DNA from: Phoronis australis
Lineage: Eukaryota; Animalia; Phoronida
Direction of reading: 5' to 3'
DNA: 64,000 nucleotides
Assembly (NCBI GenBank): GCA_002633005.1
Contig: NMRA01000054.1
Location: 1-64,000, forward strand
The notes below the pieces were generated by a model that saw only the letters and a program-made list of their open reading frames with translations, was not told the DNA's origin and ran no database searches. Numbering within the stretch: the first letter of the stretch is position 1; every line of letters starts with the position of its first letter. This document shows positions 12,905 to 23,893 of this stretch, one piece after another. A program made the translations under genes and the position numbers.

Positions 12905-14040
12905 GGTTACAGCTCTAAAATAATTATTTACAGACGGTACCAGATGGGTACCTTAAATAAGTGATAACACAGGATTTGCAATACCCAACGTGTAATTGAG
13001 TATCGGCTACTAAGTGACACATGTTAATAAAGTACCAAGTGGGTACATAATACCAAATGGGTATTGACCTTTGCCTACCAACTGGGTCGAGCAAAACGGC
13101 AAATTCAATAACAAGTACCAAGTGGGTACAAACTGCCAAATGGGCAAATATCGTATAAAGTACCAAGTGGGTACACCAAACAGCCAACTGGGCTATAATA
13201 ACCTGTAAAGCAGTTTCCGGACAAACTGAGAGAGCAGACCAGCAGGAGTGATAAAAAGAGATATTGTAAGGAACGTGGTGTTGTGGCTCAGTATGTGCCA
13301 CATGGGTAGGGTTGTTCACGGATGAACAATCCTGTCTACCGCCACAACCCGCGTGGGGGCCGTGACCCTGGTAGTCAAGGGACGAAAAGGAGGAGAAGGG
13401 GAGGTGGGAAAAATAGGGTCGGGTGAACAATATAATACAATATGATATAAACAATATATGGAGACGCACCGAAACAAAGCTGCCATCTACAAATCTCTTA
13501 CCTAATTAACAAAACTCGTACCTAACTTAACAAAACTCTTACCTGCACATACATGTACATATAACTGAGAGAGCTATTGACCATACATCCGGGGTCCGCC
13601 AGCAGTGAATTGCTCTAAGGCACCCTTTATAGCGTTGAGAAAAATATCGTTTCCTAGCGGGGACTGGTGGATTCCATCTGGATGGAACAGCAATCTGTCA
13701 TCCGTCGTAATGTCAGGGGGCCTGATGTAGCACCCAGAATCAGTGAGAACAGTCTTAGCCGCCATGGAGTTGGTTCTGACCCCGGGCGGTGTTCATGATT
13801 TCCCTGTTAGTATTGAGGACCAAACAATTGTGCTGCGTGAAAATTTGTCGTGGATTCTGGAAATGTATGCCTTGGGGGTGGTACGAAGCTCGTGTAATTT
13901 GGTGTAACCAATGTCGTTGCCAGCGCAGTGCAGGAGGATGTACGACGGCTGGTCTTCAAAGCGGTTTATGGTCCACAGTTTGGGGATGAGCTGGTTCCAA
14001 CGGAGTCCGCTGAAGCCTTGCCAAAAGATGCTCGACGGTG
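12905..14040 (-). mobile_element. 3' fragment of an Ngaro/DIRS-type tyrosine-recombinase retrotransposon carrying a disrupted SGNH hydrolase ORF
   Basis: IFWQGFSGLRW...LLHCAGNDIG...IVWSSIL (13793-14044) and LFHPDGIHQSPLGNDIFL (13574-13765) match SGNH blocks II, III and V. Internal AAGTACCAAGTGGGTACA repeats at 13029-13175. Clade assignment from recalled Ngaro ORF content. Confidence 0.7.
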
Positions 14041-15780
14041 TCAAATGCCTTCTTTAGATCAATAAAAACAGCACCAGTCAATAATCCTTGATCCATATTT
14101 GTATAGATATGGTCAGTGACGTCAGTATTAGTAGTTAATGTTGAATGGAGTGGTCGAAAACCATACTGGGCATAAGTTAAGAGATTGTTAGTTTGGAAGT
14201 AAGAATGAGGTTGTTTGTGAACTCATTTTTCAGAGATTTTTGATATAGATGGCAGACTTGAAAAGGCTTTGTAATTTTTGGAGCATGATTTGTCACCGTC
14301 TTTGAGAAGTGGAGTAACAACGGCCGATTTTCACTCTGATGATATGGTTGATGTTTTCAATGATTAACTGATCGGTGAAGTAATGGGCTGAGAGATTGTC
14401 TCAGCAGATAGTTTAAGCATTTTGGCACTGATGCCATCAATCACAGTAGCACTGATTTGAGTTGCTGGCAAACAAACTTAGCGTCAACTTCAAGGAATTT
14501 AAAAGCTATCCCTTCGCTGACCTGGGGTGGAAATGAATGACTATTGTTTCCAAATTTTCGGGCTAGATTATGGCCAATATTCGTGAAAAAGTCGTTGAAG
14601 GTATTAGCCATGACTGCGTAATCAGATGTCATGCCGTCATTCGTTTTCAGTTCAGCGATATTAGTATTCAATTTCCCTGGTAAAACAGACTTTATAATTT
14701 TCCATAAGGATTTACCATCTGATTTGTTGCCATTAATTATTGCATTATAATAATCAACCTTGGCCAGTTTCGTTCTTTATTTGTTAGACTACGCACTGTT
14801 TTGAATTTGTTCCAGTCACAAGTATTACGTGAACGTTGGGCAATAGGTTTAAGATAATCGCGCCTGCGAGACAATAAAATTATCTCCTCGTTGTACCAAG
14901 GCGGCGATTTACCCTTGATTCTAACCTTGTTAATAGGTGCAGGATCAACAATTGCTGCTAACGCCGCCCAGTCAATGTTATGTAGATCGTTAACAACATC
15001 AGAATGATGAAAGTTACGGTACGAGCGGGTAGATATCCGAGGTAGATTTTTTGGACGTATATATTTGTCTCTTGTGTATATCAAGTTGCGATCACTGAGA
15101 CCTATGCTGACGACTCCACGAAAGTATACCTTCTTAACACTAGACACAAGATTTAAATCTAAGCAAGTTGATGTTTTGTCAGTTACTCTGGTTGGCATGT
15201 CTATTACATTTTGTAAACCAAGTGTATGCTCCCAAAATTTAATTTTAGTACTAGGTTTCTTGGAAAGTGTATCTAAGTTAAAATCACCAGTAATAACAAA
15301 GTCACTGGCTTTGAAGTTTTGATTGCCTAAAATCTTTTTGAAATGATCTGTCAGCTTTTCCAGGTGATCCGCCTTGGAAGATGGTGGTCTATAAACCGCA
15401 CCGATGACAAGGCTCTTTGATTTAGGGATCTTGATTTCCAACCATAGTGATTCAATTTGATCATCCTGGTTATCTAATATACCGGTTGCTAGGGAGGCTC
15501 TGGAGTAAATAGCAACACCACCGCCTCTTATGTTTCTGTCATGTCTTAGAAGATCAAAGCCATCTATATTAACTTCAGAGTCCTCAATCATTGATGAGAG
15601 CCTAGTTTCATTTAAACACAAGATATCAGTAGTCTTAGATCATCTACCCGGTCTAGGAGGGAAACTATGTTTAGCTGAGCAATACGAGGATCCTTAGCGG
15701 ACTTAAATGAAGACAGTTCGGGATCGCATAGTTCTCTTTCTGAACTGTCAAATGAGGCACTGCTGGAATCTTTGTCCGTC
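14041..15780 (-). mobile_element. CR1/L2-group LINE ORF2 fragment (APE endonuclease and RT N-terminus), degraded
   Basis: CLNETRL, DRNIRGGGVAIY, VYRPPS, GDFNLD, PTRVT, SDRNLI; RT motifs QYGFRP and FIDLKKAFD at the truncation point. Confidence 0.93.
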
Positions 15781-17152
15781 TCTGAATGTAAATATTTTTG
15801 TGGTTTTGGAATAAGCAGTCATCAAATTCAAAAATACTTTACAATGCACTTTAACGTTGGTATACGACTGCTGTTGTATCATCCTGTAGATCCCCATGGT
15901 TTTCGGTCATTGTTAAGGCTATCAGCTAAGTTGTCCATTAGATAGGTACATGACTGTACCGAGGTAAGGCTGCAATGAATAGACTCACGCTGATTGTCCG
16001 CCCAACTGACGTCACAGCCCGATTTCAGTGGCTTTTCTTAAGCCGACAAAAAGGTGGTCAAAATCAAGAGCGTAAGAATAGAGGTCGTTATCAAATGTTA
16101 CCATAGTGCGTAGATACAAAAATTGGTGTAATCAAGCTTCTGATCACCATTAATTATAGCAAATTACCAAGAACGACTCACAGTGTGTCTTGAATATCCA
16201 GAGCATGCGCAGATTCATAATGTGACGATTAACATTATCATTCATTCAGGAGAATTGTAGATGTGAAAAAATTGTAAACTACAACTTCTGGAACTTACTG
16301 TATATTATTTTGTGTTTATGAACACTGGCCACGAAATTTTCGCTGGAAGCAGTCACTCATAAATTCCCAGTAGCACGGTGGCAGCACAACGTTGTGAAAT
16401 TAATTTTAAAGTTGTGACATTTTTCGCATCTGTATACAAGAGCTGATATGAACTGAGCAGCGACTGGACAAATTGGTGCGCCATGGTAGCACCATAGATT
16501 TTTGGGGAAATCTCAGTGCTACTATGGGCAGTTATCATCTTTGAGCAGGGATGTCTTCCAGAGGTGGCACTTTGGAAGAGAGTAGTGGAAGATACAGCTT
16601 CGTGTCAGATGAGCTTGCGTCTGGTCATGTACTTATTTGCAGAACAGCACCCGAGTTCAAATCTGAGGCTCACCATGAACAAATAAGATAACATAAGATG
16701 AATAACATGGTAATTTGTAGTCAAAACATTTCTACACAAATATTCGCCAATAAGTAGCGTTCACAATCTACCCTGTCTTTGTTGTATCATACAAAATATT
16801 TCATTCCAGTAACTCCTTTGGTCACATTCAAATCTAGCATGGGATCTCCACAAAGTGACGACATGGCCAGTTAGCAGTTTTTGTATTAAACTAAAGAAAA
16901 TAGTATAACGGCTGTGGTTTGAATGGGTGCGAAAACTTCACACGATGTCAATTTAAATGGGTTGATTTCATTCTTTTTCTTTATCCTGCGCCATTGCCAA
17001 CTGGTACTTGATGTGAAGATCAGATTTCAAAGTGAATTGAGCACAGACTAAATGCAGTTATGATAATTTCATCATTGTTTCCTTATTGTCGTTTTGGTAC
17101 GAGTTCTGTAATGTGTTATAAGTTACCGAGTCAATGTTTTTTGCTTACACAG

Positions 17153-17239
17153 TTAAAAGGCAAGATGAGGAACGTATTAAATTCACTCGCTGGTGAGAAG
17201 GCGAAATGGCACGAGAAGGGTCATGATGATAATGCTCAG
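17153..17239 (+). CDS. Gene A exon 5
   Basis: Acceptor TTACACAG, LKGKMRNVLNSLAGEKAKWHEKGHDDNAQ, donor CAG|GTATTA; phase 0-0. Confidence 0.72.
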
Positions 17240-17456
17240 GTATTATTTCGATGATCCATCGCTACATTCCTTAAAACGTGTTTCAGTGATGTACTAAATG
17301 CAACCAGCTGCAGTTGTTGAAATTAAAGCATAACCCAGTTAAAAAAACACCTGAGAATGATATCCAAACTTCTCAGAAATTCAATAATATTTGTTAGAAG
17401 AACACACTGACACTCAGACATATCTAAGATAACCTAATGAACTGTTTTTTTTTCAG

Positions 17457-17534
17457 ACCAGAAAGTTGTTGAGCGAGCAGCACAAAGTGTTGCAAACGAC
17501 TGTAGCTAGTCTAAAAGAACAGATAACTAACGAC
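17457..17534 (+). CDS. Gene A exon 6 (coiled-coil-like)
   Basis: Acceptor T9CAG, TRKLLSEQHKVLQTTVASLKEQITND, donor GTAAGT; phase 0-0. Confidence 0.78.
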
Positions 17535-17649
17535 GTAAGTATTCTATAAGAAATATACAAAAGGTCCTCATTTACTTGCTAATACTGAATTATGAATCTT
17601 ATTATTACCATTATCATAATATTAATATTTTTATGGCATGCAATCTGTG

Positions 17650-17726
17650 ATGGTGGAGGCGATGGGTGGGTAATGATGGTGAGGTGGTGGTGGTGGTATT
17701 GAAGGTGGTGATAATGGTGGTGGTGC
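17650..17726. repeat. Degenerate (GGT)n microsatellite
   Basis: Direct reading. Confidence 0.8.
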
Positions 17727-17761
17727 TATTAGTGGCAGTATGTATTATTATACCACAACAT

Positions 17762-18612
17762 TAGCGTCAAATGGCAGATACAACCGTGTAATAAACCACT
17801 AGTGAGATAACGATTTGGCGGGAAACCGAGGACGGAGTCGAACCCGGGACCTTGAGTTTGCTGGTCGCCGACCTTAACCACTACACCACGTAGCGGCTGA
17901 CGTCATCAAGAGTGAAAATAGAATAGTATAAATGAGCACGCGCAATAATCGCACGTTCAACAAACCGCATTGTACTGTACGTATACGCTACGAAAAATAA
18001 GACACATAATTTCCATAAAAATGACATCTTAATTCAATTAAATATTTCTCTCATGTCCTCTTACTTGTAAATCACCGATCTCCAGTTTGAATGCGGGTAT
18101 CGTGTCGTCAGGATCTTTGGCTTAAGAATTATATTCAGTTACCAGTGGTAACCTACTTTAGCAGACGATAATTTCCCGGTCGAAGCTTAGCGTGAAAAAA
18201 ACGTGTTTTAAGCTATAATAGTTGGTAAACCTTAATTTATAAATTCAGTTTATTTCTATTATATTTAAGTTTTCAATTGGTTTTGAGTAAAAGCATTATT
18301 TGACAAAAATAGCCCGGCTTTTCTTAAAAGGTCACGACCTCCGACCCCGGGCCTCTGACCTAGAAAGTAGTTACAAAGCCGTGGAGAGTCAGAAAAGGCA
18401 AATCGATTCATTGCAATGTTTCTCGTTTAGTATGTGGTATAAATAGATTATTACATGTTCTCAGCCGTTATCCCCCTTATCTAGAGCCCTCGTGGATTTT
18501 GGAGAATTATCACCCTCGGGGCTAACGCCCCTCGGGCGATAATTCTCCAAAATCCACTCGGGCTCTAGATAACGGGGGATAACGACTTCGCCATGTAATA
18601 ATCTATATTTAT
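17762..18612 (-). mobile_element. Non-autonomous interspersed element, copy 1 (tRNA-like box A/B unit plus 164-bp terminal hairpin)
   Basis: Colinear with 23894-24753. Minus-strand TGGTGTAGTGGT and GGTTCGACTCC at 17834-17888. Palindrome at 18443-18606. Confidence 0.85.
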
Positions 18613-18893
18613 GTAGCATGTATTCTATTTAATAAATGTTGTATGGCTAAAACAAATTCGTGTAGGTATTCCTATCGGTAACAACGTTGCACCTTCATCA
18701 TTCTGTTTCCATCTCTGCTGTGACAACTAAACAGCTTGAACTCACATCTCGCACTGAGCTTGTCTATTTGTACATAAAAGGGAGAGTTTCAGTGGTGTCA
18801 TTTCTACAAAAAAGTACATTAAGTTATTTGTTTAAACTTTGCTTTGAGTAAAGTAATATCAGTTTATAGAGGAGATTTTATTGTTCCTTTTAG

Positions 18894-18998
18894 GAGCGAG
18901 ACCTGAGGAGAATAAAAGGTTTTCTAAAAAGGCTGACGTGCACTGGAATAGAAAAGCGGAGAGTGAAATACTACGACTGTGAGGAATATGTGAAATGA
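18894..18998 (+). CDS. Gene A exon 7 (terminal)
   Basis: Acceptor TTCCTTTTAG, ERDLRRIKGFLKRL...EEYVK-TGA; AATAAA near 19218. Confidence 0.65.
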   Translation, partial: ERDLRRIKGFLKRLTCTGIEKRRVKYYDCEEYVK

Positions 18999-19844
18999 AC
19001 ATGAGTAGGCTTATTTTATCCCTAGCTGATGACACAAAAATCGTGTCAGCTAAAGACAACCAGAACCCATGTGTATGGTATAGGTGGCGTACATCTTGAA
19101 AAAGAAGCCATTTAATCAGATTTTTATTGCAGTAAGCTGCGATGTGATTTGTGTGCATATTTCAATATTTCAAATAACATGTTCCACCTATTTTGGATTA
19201 CTTTTATAAGACACGAAAATAAATGCGCAGTGGTACATGTATGCCTTCTGTAACCAGAACAAAGTGCTATGCACAAGATTCACGCTAGCAGTGGGAATGC
19301 AGGCAAATAAATCGGAATGATCGTACGAGGATAATCAGTGACGCTTTGTTATTCGTGACAAAAAAGTCAATTCAAGACTGCGTCCAGTAGACGCTAGAAA
19401 CTTTTATAAATGCAATATCACACAGGGGTCAAACAAAAGGGATACAATTCACGGTGCGCGACTCGCTTCAATTGCTTCGCCAGCCCAGCTTCATAGTAAG
19501 CATCTTATGTGCAGAATTTCTGCGCACGAACTGGTTAAGAATTTGCACCAGCCGTGAATGCTAATATAGCAAGACAATTTGGCAATGCGTTAGGCATAAA
19601 ATTGCACAACTTTATCCCAAACACACAACTTTGTGGCGGTAATACTTTATGACAACTCGGCACTTGAATTGCTACAAGCAAAGGCAACACACCTGAAATT
19701 TAACCTTGTTCGTCTTGGCGTTGATCGGTAAGTTCGAGGGCAGAGTCTTGTCACATAACTCAACTGCCCTTACTGATGTAACAGTCTAAAGTAAAATAGT
19801 TCTAAGATCTTAGATCTGTAGTGCCGTCGCACATGTAGAGCTAC

Positions 19845-20007
19845 GAGCTGAGCTGGCTACCACAAGTAAACGACAGTTGACAGCTCATGTCGAACACAAT
19901 TCAATGAACTAGTTCCTGGGCTATTTAACCCAATGTTACCGTATAGGCATGTCTTGACGTGAGCTGCGAACTCCTCTAACGTTCGCTTGAGGCATCCAGC
20001 TCAGCTC
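19845..20007. repeat. Imperfect inverted repeat / MITE-like relic
   Basis: GAGCTGAGCTGG...CAGCTCATGTC is complementary to GACGTGAGCTG...CCAGCTCAGCTC. Confidence 0.6.
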
Positions 20008-20425
20008 TGCTTATACATGTAGCTCTGTGTCCATGCTGAGCCCAGATAGTACAGACAACGCTACGTCAGTATCTTTTGATGGATTCATGGAAATAATCTA
20101 AGTATGGGTGACAGGTTGCGAAACGCCTCGTGCATGTTAAAAATAGAATTATTCACGCAAGACCACAACTTGAGAGTGTTGCGGTACCCTTCATGACAAA
20201 ACAAAACGGAAAAAACACAAAAAATGGTAAAAGCTGAAAGGACTGAGGTGTGCGGTACTAAATGAAGTCGAACATATTTTCAGCATTGATAACGAGCCCG
20301 AGATTTACGAGCTGTTTCACATAGAGATACATGGGCATAGACTGAAAGAAATGTGAAAATGAATCAAGTTACAGCACAAAAATATTCCTTGCTCATTAGT
20401 AACTTTTTACTCTCTGCAAATATTA

Positions 20426-21748
20426 TTACGTATTCTGAAGTCGTTGATCAGAATGTTCACATTCACTTCGTTGTTTAAGAAAAATAGCAAACGATTCCAA
20501 AACGCACTCATCCTCGTCTGTTTCTGACGCTGACGACGACGACAGTTTGTCGTGGAACTTCTGAGCCTGGTGTTTCCGTGGCGGCCACTGGCGAAACCAA
20601 CGAGAAGGGCGGAAGTTGTAATCGGAATTATCAGAATCATACTCATAATCTGTCGGTTCCTGTAGAAGAGCGTCAACAGGCAGCAACTCAGCATCCTGAA
20701 AACTTAAATTACTTCCACTGCTCCACTCCTCATCGGACGACATGACGACCGAATCTGAGATGATTGACGAAATGCCATGCTCTACAGAAACTTTGGTTTT
20801 GATTTTTGCGCATGACGATTTGCTAACGAGATTTTCCAGTTTTACTTTTGGAAGATCGACGTTACTTGTATCCATACTGTCACTCCTAGGCTTTTGACTG
20901 CTGTTAAGTGCCGAATAAAAATTAGACATTGTACTTCTTTTAGTCTTTGTGCTCTCAGCTTCCTTACTACGCTGAATAAATGGCAATTTACCCGGTTGGA
21001 TTGATTGCACCGTCCCCGGAACGATGATCTCGAACAGAAAGTCGTTAGATTCTAGCTTCTTGATTGGGTATCCTGAAAATTTTGCAAGCTCTTTAATATC
21101 TTCCAGGGGCAACCCAGGAGAAGGAATTCTTGGACGAAGACGACCTGTTTTAAAGAAAGTTAGTCGCTGGTCTGGACAGAGTGGGTCCCAATATAGTTTC
21201 TTGTCGTCATGAGTTTGCGCACTTTTGCATGAATACAAATTTTTCTTGAAGATGGAAGACTTCATTAAATGCCCGATTTTCCCCGTATTACGCTTAATTC
21301 TTGGAGGTTGCTTTTGCAGCAGAATCGGGAAATGCTGTTTATAAAAATCCGGGGTTAACCCTCCTGTCTCCGTTTTAACACCAATCGTCGTACCTTCGTA
21401 CACGTGCCAGCGCGAGAACAAATCTCCTTTGTCAGTAGATTGACGCAAAAACTTTTTTTTTGTTAGCACTGGCTTTCTCAGCAGAGGCAGTTTTGATTGC
21501 GCAACAGGTGGCTTTATTTTAGACGGATAGAGCGGAAAATGTTGAATATCTGGCAGTCTTTTTAAGTCCCTGAGAAGCTCTTGTCTCTCTAATGTCGGTA
21601 CACTTTTAATTCGATAGGTATTGCGGATAGTTTCAATTGCCCTTTTAACTTCTTCGCTGATTTGTACCACTCCCTCCTTGTCCTCTTTACTCGCTAATTT
21701 TGGCAAAGAATCTTTCACTGCGTCAAACCATCGTTGAAAGGGCTTGTT
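20426..21748 (-). CDS. Gene B terminal exon (440 codons plus stop), unknown basic/Pro-rich protein with an acidic Ser-rich tail
   Basis: 430-aa open frame extended to the acceptor CCTGTTTCCAG at 21749 (phase 0); TAA stop; no transposon motifs recognised. Confidence 0.82.
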   Translation of the reverse strand, partial: NKPFQRWFDAVKDSLPKLASKEDKEGVVQISEEVKRAIETIRNTYRIKSVPTLERQELLRDLKRLPDIQHFPLYPSKIKPPVAQSKLPLLRKPVLTKKKFLRQSTDKGDLFSRWHVYEGTTIGVKTETGGLTPDFYKQHFPILLQKQPPRIKRNTGKIGHLMKSSIFKKNLYSCKSAQTHDDKKLYWDPLCPDQRLTFFKTGRLRPRIPSPGLPLEDIKELAKFSGYPIKKLESNDFLFEIIVPGTVQSIQPGKLPFIQRSKEAESTKTKRSTMSNFYSALNSSQKPRSDSMDTSNVDLPKVKLENLVSKSSCAKIKTKVSVEHGISSIISDSVVMSSDEEWSSGSNLSFQDAELLPVDALLQEPTDYEYDSDNSDYNFRPSRWFRQWPPRKHQAQKFHDKLSSSSASETDEDECVLESFAIFLKQRSECEHSDQRLQNT

Positions 21749-22054
21749 CTGGAAACAGGAAAACCATGCTCAACTATGAACAAAACAACGACAAATTTAG
21801 CCAGTAACTTCATACCAAGAAAGCAGCTGTTTGGTCTCCATTCACTAACTGCGTTGATATGAACAACAATGATTTATTAATCTTCCAGTTTGTTGTATAT
21901 GTATGGCATACGTCGCTGTCGCATTAAAAACTGTAATGTCCGAGAAACAAGTTGGCCAACTGTTAAGGAAATTTTATTTGTTTCTCCGGCGGCCAAGGAT
22001 CCATTTGTTTGAGATCCCAGTCTTTCGAACACCAAATCCCAGGTACCTAAACTA

Positions 22055-22356
22055 CACGGTTAACGTACTCATAAACACTGTCACGGACGCATGAACACGA
22101 CTCACGGACCTGCAAACACCGTCCACTGACTCACAAACACGGGAACGGACTCACAAAATACGATCCATTCACCCAAATACACGGGACACGGGCTCAATTT
22201 ACAAGGATACTCGGTTAACGGACCGCCAAACACGGGTCACGTACTCATCGGCCTTCTGGGTCAGCTGACATCTACATTTTGTCAGTAAACCGTGTTTCTT
22301 CGTGAATGTGAGTCCGTGTCCCGTGTATTTGTGTGAATGGATCGTGTTTTGTGAAT
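22055..22356. repeat. CACGG-rich foldback fragment with a ~46-bp inverted repeat
   Basis: 22150-22195 TCACAAAATACGATCCATTCAC...GGGCTCA is complementary to 22308-22354. Confidence 0.75.
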
Positions 22357-22399
22357 TCTTTAGGAGAATCATAGCAAAGCCCGTGAAAAGTGTGTTTAA

Positions 22400-23890
22400 T
22401 GTTGCACTAAATGACCCGAAACTTTGTATTTCGAATTGAATTAAACGTACCAATCAGACTTGTGAATTTGAAGTGTCTAGCTCATAATTTTAGTTTGCAC
22501 TCAATGACCTTTGACCTATTCTCCCTGATTGGATGGCCCTATTGCTTAGTAAAGTAGAATATTTGATGGGCATGTGGGTTTACACCACTGTGCTGGAATT
22601 GATGAGAATTCCTTGAAAAATGTAGGAGAAATAACCGTTTGAAAAGTAAATGACCGTTGCATTAATTGACCGTATCCAGTGCATTACAAGCCTCTTAAGT
22701 AGAACTACTGCAAAGTCTGTGAAAAGATTTAATGCTGAGAATCACAGTTGTTTAAATGCTGACATATCAGAATACTTGGTGAATGAAAAGGTCAATTTTC
22801 AGTGAAAAAATGCACCTAATGACCCCATGATTGCACCAAATGACCTGAAACTTTGGATTTCGAATTGAATTTTTTTACCAATCAGACTTGTGAATTTGAC
22901 CTGTCTAGCTAAAAATTTTAGTTTGCACCTAATGACCTTTGACCTGTTTTTTTCTGATGGGATGAGTCGAGTACTAAAAAAAGTATTTTTTTATTTGCCT
23001 TGTTGACTTATACGTGTGCACCGAATTTCAAAATGAGAGCTTTTAAACAGAAGAAGGGCCATTTTAAAAATTATATGACATTTGCACCAAACGACCTCTC
23101 CCGGTTCAATTTGGAACATGACCATATAACGAATCAAAATTTATGTACTGTCAAAAATCATATGCTGAATTTGAAGAACATACTTGCAGCCATGTTGGAG
23201 TTATTAAGCCTCGAAGATGGTCGGAAGAAGAATAAGAAGAATAAAAACTAGAACGCCATTGCGTATGCGCACTTACAACTCTGCGAGTGGTACATGTATA
23301 TGTATGTGCATAGCGAATTATAGGGACATTACATTGCACAGAAGTTGCATCCTTTGTGTGAAAGAGAGAGATGCCCCTGGTAACTATGAAAGAGCAAGAG
23401 TTAAGAGTAAAAATATCAACGGAAAACTGAACCTAATGACCCCAAAGTTTGTGACTGAATCTTCTTTACGAATGAAAATTATATACGTGATTATGTGAGG
23501 TCTAGCTCAAAAATCACATTTGCACATAATGACCTTTGACACGGATACTCGGTTCCCTTTTGTGCAATTTAAATTCCGAGTAAGGTTCGGAGGAACTTTT
23601 CTAGTGCCTGCTTTTTATTAAGATTCGGAGAGTCTACCTAAAAACCTGTAGAAGAAGAAAGCAATTTGACGGAATGCACTCTCTGACCCGTTTCGGATCA
23701 ATCCGATGCATTTTGAATCAAATCCATGTGATCAATAGAATTTGATCGGCAATTGGTTGAACCACCCTGAATATGAATGTCCTTAATGACCCCAAAGTTG
23801 CACCTAGTGACCCATAAAGTTTGTGACTGAACTTCCATTGTGAATGGTAATCATATCATGATTACGAACAAAGGTCTAGATCAAAAATCA
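22400..23890. mobile_element. TGACC(T)-motif-rich non-autonomous repeat, possibly Helitron/Helentron-derived
   Basis: ~115-bp direct repeats (22402-22518, 22832-22945 and weaker copies), many AATGACC motifs, and an AAGAAGAATAAGAAGAATAAAAACTAGAA junction. The class is inferred. Confidence 0.5.
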
Positions 23891-23893
23891 ATA

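Noticed and set aside
12924-13469. 181-aa minus-strand ORF
   Set aside because: Lies in the repeat-containing terminal region of the Ngaro-like fragment; no domain recognised.
14737-15621. Host endonuclease gene
   Set aside because: It is the APE domain of a frameshifted LINE ORF2.
17818-17891. Functional tRNA gene
   Set aside because: Boxes A/B are present but acceptor and anticodon stems do not pair, and the two copies differ substantially.
19022-19052. SECIS element after the TGA of gene A
   Set aside because: Small hairpin lacks the AUGA/GA quartet geometry and lies too close to the stop.
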